Shown here: in pieces, positions 56,640 to 64,000 of the stretch | Numbering within the stretch: position 1 is the first letter of the stretch | Layout of the letters: every line of letters begins with the position of its first letter | Origin: a bacterium | GTDB taxonomy: Bacteria > Margulisbacteria > Marinamargulisbacteria > JAHFDA01 | NCBI GenBank assembly: GCA_023249225.1 | Contig: JAHFDA010000005.1 | Span: 7,995-71,994, forward strand | Reading direction: 5' to 3' | DNA: 64,000 nucleotides | Program-made: the position numbers and the translations under genes | Notes under the pieces: generated by a model | The model's input: only the letters and a program-made list of their open reading frames with translations | The model's database searches: none | Told to the model about the DNA's origin: nothing

Positions 56640-57644
56640 GTGGTAAAACCCATTCTTGCCATCGAAAGCAGTTGCGACGAAACCGCCGTGGCCATTTTAG
56701 AGGACGGACAGCATTTGCGGGCTAACTTGATATCGTCACAGATCGCAAAGCATCGGCCCTTTGGTGGCATTGTGCCGGAACTGGCCTCACGCTGCCACGC
56801 TGAAATCATTAACACCCTGATTGACCAAGCCCTCAAAGATGCCAATATCAAATTGCGTGATATCCATGCCGTGGCTGTCACCCACGGACCCGGCCTGGTG
56901 GGAGCCTTGCTGGTTGGCATGGCAGCGGCCAAAGCGCTCTCGGGGTCACTGGGTATTCCACTTGTGGCGGTGAACCATTTGAAGTCGCATGTGTACTCTA
57001 ATTTTTTGTCTCCAAGTCCTGTTTTTAATTTTCCATATCTGATCCTGCTTGTGAGCGGAGGACATACTCAATTGATCGAATTCAAAAGCCACACTCAACT
57101 CAAAGTCATTGCTGAAACCCAGGACGATGCTGCCGGTGAAGCCTTTGACAAGGTGGCGCGCCTTTTAGAACTGGGATTTCCGGGTGGGCCTGCCATTCAA
57201 AAGGCAGCAGAGCAAGGCAATCCGGAGGCTTATTTTTTTTCGGCCGCAAAGCACAGCGACCGTTTTTCGTTTTCGGGTATTAAAACGGCGGTGGCCTTGT
57301 TCATTAAAAAAAATCCGTCCGCTTCAAAGGCTGATGTGGCCGCCAGCTTTCAAAAGGCAGTGGTAGATGCGCTGGTGCAAAAAACCTTAATGGCTGCAGA
57401 GGCCCAAAAATTTGAGCGCATCATGCTTTGCGGCGGTGTGGCCGCCAACGCCATGCTGCGCAAGACTTTGGCCAGAGCCTGCGCTGAAAATGGTTTTGAA
57501 TTCTCGATGCCTGATCTGGCCTATTGCACCGACAACGCCGCCATGGTGGCCTGCGCCGGATATCATCAGCTTGAGCATGGTGGGCCCAGCGACTTAAACT
57601 TTGCAGCCGATCCAAACCTGGAGCTTCATGAATGGACAGTTTAA
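56640..57644 (+). CDS. tsaD: tRNA t6A threonylcarbamoyltransferase
   Basis: ILAIESSCDET, GGIVPELASR, VSGGHT, DDAAGEAFDK and TDNAAM motifs; GTG start at 56640. Confidence 0.96.
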   Translation: MVKPILAIESSCDETAVAILEDGQHLRANLISSQIAKHRPFGGIVPELASRCHAEIINTLIDQALKDANIKLRDIHAVAVTHGPGLVGALLVGMAAAKALSGSLGIPLVAVNHLKSHVYSNFLSPSPVFNFPYLILLVSGGHTQLIEFKSHTQLKVIAETQDDAAGEAFDKVARLLELGFPGGPAIQKAAEQGNPEAYFFSAAKHSDRFSFSGIKTAVALFIKKNPSASKADVAASFQKAVVDALVQKTLMAAEAQKFERIMLCGGVAANAMLRKTLARACAENGFEFSMPDLAYCTDNAAMVACAGYHQLEHGGPSDLNFAADPNLELHEWTV

Positions 57645-59239
57645 GCGCGGATATTGTCATTGTCGGCACCGGCATTGCAGGCTTGCGAGCGGCCCTGGAA
57701 CTGGCGCCGCACTGCAAAGTACTGATCCTGTCTAAAGGAAAAATTCACGACGGTTCCTCGTCTTTGGCGCAAGGAGGCATTGCGGCTGCCATGCATCCCG
57801 GAGATACGCCTGATTATCATTATCAGGATACCCTTGCGGCCGGGGCCGGCCTATGCAACGAAAAGGCGGTGCGTATCCTGGTCGAGGAGGGCCTTGAACG
57901 GGTCAAGGAACTGATGGCCTGGGGGACGCGTTTTGACACCGACATGGGCCATGAAGCAGCGCACCATCACCGGCGCATTCTGCATGCAGGTGACACCACC
58001 GGACGTGAAATTGAAAAAGTGCTTGGTAACCGAGCCTTGGCCGAAAGTAATATTAAATTTTTGGAATTTACCAGCGCCTATGTTTTGCGCGTCGAAGACG
58101 GGCGTGTTCAGGGCCTGTATACCCTTGATCTTAAAAACGGACGTATAGGTTACCTGGCTTGCCGTGCGGTGCTCATTGCCACGGGTGGCTACGGGCAGCT
58201 TTACAGCCACAATACCAACCCCGCTGTTAACACCGGCGATGGCTTGGCGGTGGCCTATCGGGCCGGGGCGGCGCTGACTGATTTGGAATTTGTGCAGTTT
58301 CATCCCACCACCCTTTATCACGGCGACAAAAAACCAGTCAGCATTTTTTTAATTTCAGAAGCCGTACGTGGCGAGGGTGCTTTGTTGCGGAATATCCACG
58401 GTGAAACGTTTATGCAGAGGTATGACTCCCGGCTTGAGCTGGCGCCGCGCGACATTGTGGCCCGCGCGATTTACCGTGAAATCCACGCCACCCAGGCACC
58501 GCATGTTTACCTTGATCTAAGCGGTATTAAAGTCAATCTGGCCGACCGTTTTCCGAACATTTATCAACGTTGCCTTGAAGTGGGCATCGATATCCAAAAA
58601 GACTTTATTCCGGTAGCACCAGCCGCACATTATTGCATGGGCGGGGTTTTAACCAATGTGTATGGAGAAAGCTCGCTTCCCGGACTCTTGGTAGCCGGTG
58701 AAGCAGCTTCGGTGGGCGTGCACGGTGCCAATCGCCTGGCCTCAAACTCGTTACTCGAAGGATTGGTTTTTGGGCAACGCGCGGCACAGCGCTTTCTTGA
58801 ACAACTGCCCCGCCTGCCCTTGCCAGGGTCTAAAGCATCTGCCGCAGATCTTGCCGAACAGGGGGTGTCTTACAATAAAACCAGCGCATTGACGGCCAAG
58901 CAAAGCCTGCGCGAACTCATGTGGCGTTATGTGGGTATAGAACGCCGCGAAGATGACTTGCGTTGGGCACTTTTAAAATTTGACATGTTGCATGAAAAAT
59001 TCCAGGAATCCACCGGTCAACCCGAAACCTTTGAGCTGCAAAATATGATTTTAATCGCGCGCCTCGCAACCCAGGCGGCCTTAAACCGGCGTGAAAGCCG
59101 TGGGGCCCACTACCGGACTGATTTTCCGCAGGCCAGCCCCGAGTTTGAAAAACATATGGTATGTCAAAAAGACTTAAGCGGCGTGTACGGGAGCCTGGCT
59201 CCTACGTTTGATCACGTGGCCTATCGTGTGGGAGCGTAA
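57632..59239 (+). CDS. nadB: L-aspartate oxidase
   Basis: AQGGIAA, QFHPT, SEAVRGEG, AHYCMGG and HGANRLASNSLLE motifs. Confidence 0.95.
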   Translation: MDSLSADIVIVGTGIAGLRAALELAPHCKVLILSKGKIHDGSSSLAQGGIAAAMHPGDTPDYHYQDTLAAGAGLCNEKAVRILVEEGLERVKELMAWGTRFDTDMGHEAAHHHRRILHAGDTTGREIEKVLGNRALAESNIKFLEFTSAYVLRVEDGRVQGLYTLDLKNGRIGYLACRAVLIATGGYGQLYSHNTNPAVNTGDGLAVAYRAGAALTDLEFVQFHPTTLYHGDKKPVSIFLISEAVRGEGALLRNIHGETFMQRYDSRLELAPRDIVARAIYREIHATQAPHVYLDLSGIKVNLADRFPNIYQRCLEVGIDIQKDFIPVAPAAHYCMGGVLTNVYGESSLPGLLVAGEAASVGVHGANRLASNSLLEGLVFGQRAAQRFLEQLPRLPLPGSKASAADLAEQGVSYNKTSALTAKQSLRELMWRYVGIERREDDLRWALLKFDMLHEKFQESTGQPETFELQNMILIARLATQAALNRRESRGAHYRTDFPQASPEFEKHMVCQKDLSGVYGSLAPTFDHVAYRVGA

Positions 59240-60264
59240 GAAGGTTTTAATTCAAGTATTTTAAGCTCTGCAGCGCTATCCCCTTGAATGACAATGTAAC
59301 GTACCTTGGATCCGTTGTCCGCAGGCAGAGGTTTGCCGGCCCCAAAGACTGCCAACGCCAGACAATTGGCTGTAAATGCCGAATCGCTGACGATGAGCAC
59401 TCCCCGGTATCCGGAATGGATGGGATATCCGGTAAATGGATTCAGAATGTTATGAAAGACCTCTCCCTGCGAATCTTTAAAATAGGTTTGGCGATCATGC
59501 ACAAAGGCCAAGGCCTGGTTTGATTTTAACTTAACCGGCACCGGGGTGACGAACCCAGGTTCCCAGGGATATTTTAATTGAAAAGTCCATTTAAGCTGCA
59601 ATATCGGATGTCCGACCGTGACAATGACATCGCCGGCATTGATCGATGCGTAGGTAATCTTAAAACGCAGTAGCTGCTCGCGGGCCCGGTCAAGCGCATA
59701 ACCGGTGGTGATGGCAGAAAGGTCAATCTCGGTAGCGGGATGCATAAAAGCGATACTTTGTTGTTTGGGATCGGTTGACACATGCTGCATACCTACGGCG
59801 GGCAGAACCCCTTTGATTTTTTGATCGCTCGGAACCTGTTTGCGCTCAAAGTCCCATAATTGCTCCAGCGGCAACAGGGTGATGTCCAGATAGCCTCCGC
59901 TCAAGCGCCAGTAATTCTGCGCAGTGCTGACCATTGTAAAAATGTCCGGATCGGATAATTGAGCGGTCTGCCTGCGGTTGAGTAAGTTTAGGCCATTATA
60001 GTAATTCCAGCGGTAGGCCAGCTGCTCAACCCGCTTAATTTCCTTCCAGGCTGCCCGCGCAGCCGGGCGGGCCTGCGGCCCCTCGATGCTGATGGTGATA
60101 TAGGTGCCCAACACCCACCCTTTTTCCACATGCGGTATGCGTAGTTCACGGACAATATAAAAACCTCCGGCAAAGATCAGCAATACAAGCAGTGCGGCCG
60201 GGCTAAATTCGTTGAGCCGTAAAAAACTGTACGGAAACCTTTGCGTCGAACGCCGGGGCCACAT
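59221..60264 (-). CDS. apbE: FAD:protein FMN transferase (ApbE family), divergent
   Basis: LGT, DITxxPL, DLSAITTGYALD, INAGD and NILNPFTGYP motifs; several canonical residues are changed. Confidence 0.75.
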   Translation of the reverse strand: MWPRRSTQRFPYSFLRLNEFSPAALLVLLIFAGGFYIVRELRIPHVEKGWVLGTYITISIEGPQARPAARAAWKEIKRVEQLAYRWNYYNGLNLLNRRQTAQLSDPDIFTMVSTAQNYWRLSGGYLDITLLPLEQLWDFERKQVPSDQKIKGVLPAVGMQHVSTDPKQQSIAFMHPATEIDLSAITTGYALDRAREQLLRFKITYASINAGDVIVTVGHPILQLKWTFQLKYPWEPGFVTPVPVKLKSNQALAFVHDRQTYFKDSQGEVFHNILNPFTGYPIHSGYRGVLIVSDSAFTANCLALAVFGAGKPLPADNGSKVRYIVIQGDSAAELKILELKPSYAPTR

Positions 60265-62465
60265 TAGGACAACACCCGGTGCGCATCGAGCACATCGTCT
60301 ACCGAACGTACGGACGCAAGCAGTTGGCCAAGGTGCTGGGCGCTATGGATATCAACCACCAGATTGGCGATGACTGTGCCCGTATCCCGTGCGGTACGCA
60401 CATTGGCCTCGCGGATATTGGTTTTGTTCTGCGAAATTTTCGAAAGAATGTCGTTCAGCAAACCTACCCGGTCAAAACCCTTGATTTCGACTTCTACCGG
60501 ATAAACGCTATCTTTGTTTGGGCTTAGCCAGCGTGCCGATACCATCCGATTGCGAGAAAGCTCGTCGGAAACCTGCGCCACATTGACGCAATCATTACGG
60601 TGTATTGAAACCCCATGCCCCATGGTGATAAAACCTAGGATACTGTCCCCCGGTAGTGGGCGGCAACACTTTGCCAAATGGGCCTCGATATCCTGCAAGC
60701 CCTCGATTTCAATGCCCAGGGCATTCTTGTGCTTTCCGCTACGCAGCTTGGTGATGATCTGATCCACCCATTCGGTGGTTTTTGGGAATAGCTTTTCGTG
60801 GTAGTCCTTTACAATTTGGGCGGCACTGCGGGCCGAAATTTCTCCGTGAGCGATAAAGGTATAAAGCGTTTCTTCATCGGCCAGTTTAAACCGATCCAGC
60901 AAGACCTTGAAGTATTTTTCGGTCATGACTTCTTCGGGCTTCAGCTCACAAGCCAGCAGGGCCTTAACAAGTTCGGTTTTACCAGTGTGTAAATGTTCGT
61001 CGCGCTGCATTTTGCGGTAAAAAGATTTAATACGCGCCTTGGCGTTGGTGGTTTTAACAAAGTTTAGCCAGTCGATGTTGGGATGCGCATTTTTTTGGGT
61101 AATGATTTCTACGATGTCGCCATTTTTTAAAGCATGCGAGAGTGAGACGATCACCCCGTTGACCTTGGCACCGGTGCAGGTGTTTCCGATTTCGCTGTGA
61201 ATGGCATAGGCAAAATCCACCGGGGTTGAGTTCATGGGCAGCGGACGCACAGCGCCTTTGGGCGTAAAAACAAACACCTCGTCTTCAAACAAATCAATGC
61301 GCAGGTTATCCAAAAACGTTTTGGCGTCTTTGGTGTCTTTCTGCCAGTCCACCAATTGCCGGATCCATGCCAACTTGTTTTCGTATTCGCTGTCTTTGAC
61401 GTTTCCGGACTTATATTTCCAGTGGGCGGCAATGCCATATTCAGCCACTTTGTGCATTTCATGGGTGCGAATCTGTACCTCCACAGGCTTACCGTAAGGT
61501 CCAATGATGGCGGTATGCAGCGACTGGTACATGTTGGTTTTGGGCATGGCAATATAATCTTTAAACCGTCCTGACAAAGGTTTCCAGGCCGAATGAATGA
61601 CCCCCAGCGCCGCATAACAATCACGCAAGCTTTTGACGATAATCCGCACAGCCAGAAGGTCATACATTTGATCAAAGGTCAGTTCCTGATTGAGCATTTT
61701 TTGGTAGATACTGAAAAAATGCTTGGGACGTCCGGTAATTTCTGCTTCAAGTTTGTTGTCTTTAAGGGTTTGTTTTATTTTTTCGACCAGTTCATCGACA
61801 TAATGTTCACGGTTCTGACGGGAATCATTCACGTAGGTGCGTATTTTTTGGTAATCCACGGGCTGAAGATACATAAATGCCAGGTCATCCAGCTCCCATT
61901 TAACGGTCCACATGCCCATGCGATGCGCCAGCGGCGCATAAATTTCACGGGTTTCCTTTGCGATATCTCCCTGCTTTTGCGGTGACAGATACTTAAGGGT
62001 CTGCATATTATGCAGCCGGTCTGCCAGCTTGATGATGATCACCCGCAGATCTTTGGCCATGGCCAGGAACATCTTGCGAAAAGATTCGGCTTGTTGCTCT
62101 TCGCGGCTGTTATAAGAGAACTGGCCTAGTTTGGTAACGCCGTTTACCAGATGTGCAATGTCATCGCCAAATTTTTTTTGAAGGTCTTCGCATGTCATCT
62201 TGGAATCTTCGATGACATCGTGTAAAAGCCCACCGGCAACAGTGGCCAGATCCTGTTCAAGCTTGGCCAGAATGTACGCCACCGCCAGCGGGTGTGTAAT
62301 GTAAGGATCTCCTGATTTTCGGGTTTGGCCCTTGTGGCATTTATGGGCGGTTTGATACGCCCGATCAAGCAACTCCAGATCCTGGTCGGGGTAATGTTGT
62401 TTGACCAATGCCTTAATGGCCTCAAGATCTGCCACCGGCTGGCCAAACTGGCTAAGGGGGGGCAT
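60264..62465 (-). CDS. relA: Bifunctional (p)ppGpp synthetase/hydrolase (long RSH)
   Basis: HD domain (LHDVIED), YQSLHT, EVQIRT, TGS and ACT domains; start placed at ATG 62465 after the recJ stop. Confidence 0.96.
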   Translation of the reverse strand: MPPLSQFGQPVADLEAIKALVKQHYPDQDLELLDRAYQTAHKCHKGQTRKSGDPYITHPLAVAYILAKLEQDLATVAGGLLHDVIEDSKMTCEDLQKKFGDDIAHLVNGVTKLGQFSYNSREEQQAESFRKMFLAMAKDLRVIIIKLADRLHNMQTLKYLSPQKQGDIAKETREIYAPLAHRMGMWTVKWELDDLAFMYLQPVDYQKIRTYVNDSRQNREHYVDELVEKIKQTLKDNKLEAEITGRPKHFFSIYQKMLNQELTFDQMYDLLAVRIIVKSLRDCYAALGVIHSAWKPLSGRFKDYIAMPKTNMYQSLHTAIIGPYGKPVEVQIRTHEMHKVAEYGIAAHWKYKSGNVKDSEYENKLAWIRQLVDWQKDTKDAKTFLDNLRIDLFEDEVFVFTPKGAVRPLPMNSTPVDFAYAIHSEIGNTCTGAKVNGVIVSLSHALKNGDIVEIITQKNAHPNIDWLNFVKTTNAKARIKSFYRKMQRDEHLHTGKTELVKALLACELKPEEVMTEKYFKVLLDRFKLADEETLYTFIAHGEISARSAAQIVKDYHEKLFPKTTEWVDQIITKLRSGKHKNALGIEIEGLQDIEAHLAKCCRPLPGDSILGFITMGHGVSIHRNDCVNVAQVSDELSRNRMVSARWLSPNKDSVYPVEVEIKGFDRVGLLNDILSKISQNKTNIREANVRTARDTGTVIANLVVDIHSAQHLGQLLASVRSVDDVLDAHRVLS

Positions 62466-62467
62466 CG

Positions 62468-64000
62468 CTATGCTCCAGTGGCAGACGCAGGCCGCAGGTC
62501 TTTCACGACCAGTTGCAAGCTGGTGGCTCCCATATAACGGTTTATGCCCATCGAAAACAGAATATCCACTGGACCTGCCATGCGGCAAGCACGACTCAAA
62601 AGGCCAAAACCAATGCCCTCAAAACCTATGCGGCCTTGAGGGGTCTGGGCTTCTAAACCCAACTTGGCATGTTGCCCGTCGCGGCCTACTGCCCGTACCT
62701 GCTTAAGGGTTATGTTCCCACAAGCAAACAAGGGTTCATTATTTTCTAGCCCATACGGACGCAACTGATCAAGAGCCTGCGCCTCACGCAGGTTCAGGTG
62801 TTCGACTGTTACCCAGGCATCGGCTTTGATCCGTGGGCCGACATGCGCCTTGGCCAGCATCCGGGTGGCTTCATCAAAACGTTTTTGGAACTCGGGTACT
62901 TTTTCGGGCTTAAGCGCAAAACCACCTGCCTGGGCGTGGCCACCAAAAGAATCAAAGCCGGGATTGCTTTGACGCAAGAGCGCAAACATATCCACTTCGG
63001 GAATGCTGCGTCCCGATCCGCGTACCACGCGATCTGCCTGCGACATCAACACCACTGGACAACCAAAAGCGTCCACAAATTTAGAGGCCACAATACCCAC
63101 CACGCCGGCATGCCAGCTGGGATCAAATAGCGCCAGACCATAAGGCTGGGATGCCCCTGCTTGTGCCAGGCCTTGCTGAAAAATGAGTTCGGTCAGTCTG
63201 CGCCTATCCTGGTTAAGTTTTTCAAGCCGTTGAGCGAGCGGCATGGCCGTGGCAACATTGGACGCGAGCAATAGACGTAAGGCATCGGCAGCATGATCCA
63301 TACGTCCTGCGGCGTTCAGGCGTGGCCCAAATACAAAACCGATGTCGTACTCGTTAAAGGGCGCCTCGCGGCCAGCTACCTTGGCCAGTGCGCGTAAACC
63401 CGGGCGACTATTTTCATTGAGTGCCTCAAGACCCAATTTGCAGAGCAGGCGATTTTCTAAAACCATTGGCGATACATCCGCAATCGTTCCCAACGCGACC
63501 AAATCCAACAAGTCGCTAAAATCGTGCTGCGGGTAATGACGCTGCGCCAACAGACATAAAAACTTAAAGGCCGTGCCGGCCCCGGATATTCCCTGAAAGC
63601 TAGCGCCATACACGGCCGGATGAAAAATAGCGCAGGCGGGAGGAAGCTGTTCGGGTAAACGGTGATGATCCGTAATCACCACATCCACGCCGACTTGCTG
63701 GGCGATTTGCACCCGTTCGTAATCAGAAATTCCGCAGTCGGCGGTGATCAACACGGTACAGCCCTCTTGCTGTGCAAGCCGTATGGCTTGTTCGGCCAGG
63801 CCATAGCCGTCTCGAAAACGATGTGGTAAAAACCACTGTACCTTTGCTCCCAGACGCGACAAACCCTGCACCAAGAGGGCTGTACCGGTCATTCCGTCCA
63901 CATCGTAGTCGCCGCAGACCAGGATTTTTTGGCCCTGTACCAGCGCTTGCTGCACACGCCCCAGCGCGGCTTCTACCTGCGGGTGTGTCGGCACAGTGTG
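62468..64000 (-). CDS. recJ: Single-stranded DNA exonuclease RecJ (5' part beyond the window)
   Basis: GDYDVDG, DGYG, TDHH, GTIAD, PRLNAAGR and GGHAQAGG motifs. Confidence 0.95.
   Translation of the reverse strand, partial: HTVPTHPQVEAALGRVQQALVQGQKILVCGDYDVDGMTGTALLVQGLSRLGAKVQWFLPHRFRDGYGLAEQAIRLAQQEGCTVLITADCGISDYERVQIAQQVGVDVVITDHHRLPEQLPPACAIFHPAVYGASFQGISGAGTAFKFLCLLAQRHYPQHDFSDLLDLVALGTIADVSPMVLENRLLCKLGLEALNENSRPGLRALAKVAGREAPFNEYDIGFVFGPRLNAAGRMDHAADALRLLLASNVATAMPLAQRLEKLNQDRRRLTELIFQQGLAQAGASQPYGLALFDPSWHAGVVGIVASKFVDAFGCPVVLMSQADRVVRGSGRSIPEVDMFALLRQSNPGFDSFGGHAQAGGFALKPEKVPEFQKRFDEATRMLAKAHVGPRIKADAWVTVEHLNLREAQALDQLRPYGLENNEPLFACGNITLKQVRAVGRDGQHAKLGLEAQTPQGRIGFEGIGFGLLSRACRMAGPVDILFSMGINRYMGATSLQLVVKDLRPASATGA

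Noticed and set aside
62466..62588. N-terminal extension of the RelA/SpoT ORF, and likewise 14160-14258 of the NtrC ORF and 56583-56639 of tsaD
   Set aside because: They overlap upstream genes or promoters; downstream starts match the family N-termini.

Overview
Bacterial chromosomal window with five blocks. (1) 1-12.8 kb: nitrate/nitrite reduction cluster with a Mo-bisPGD nitrate reductase-type subunit running off the left edge, a DmsB-DmsC-like fusion, a fused nirB-nirD, narK, mobA, moeA and a Crp/Fnr regulator. A NotI-like endonuclease plus Dam-like methyltransferase sit between mobA and moeA. (2) 12.8-17.6 kb: minus-strand operon of YceI, an outer-membrane barrel, a receiver, a PAS kinase and an NtrC-type regulator. 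(3) 17.8-25.3 kb: tRNA-Gln(TTG) followed by two tandem, very large Lon-like proteases, each carrying an unknown N-terminal domain and a degenerate ClpA/B-type AAA module. (4) 25.6-39.5 kb: type IV pilus locus with four pilins, an ABC transporter, secretin, PilP/O, a PilM-N fusion, PilX and a 1348-aa beta-helix 'giant pilin'. (5) 39.7-64 kb: mostly housekeeping genes (rpsB, tsf with an in-frame TGA, gcvH/T, hisC, gatB, mqnD, AsmA, ygfZ, two toxin-antitoxin pairs, dtd, GH94, AAA-DUF4143, tsaD, nadB, apbE, relA/spoT, recJ). Two MITE families are present, one nested in the other. Many genes look leaderless. A sigma28-like motif is shared by the two pilus promoters and the second Lon-hybrid gene; the first Lon-hybrid gene has only the -10 half. 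All calls come from reading motifs by eye; no searches were run.
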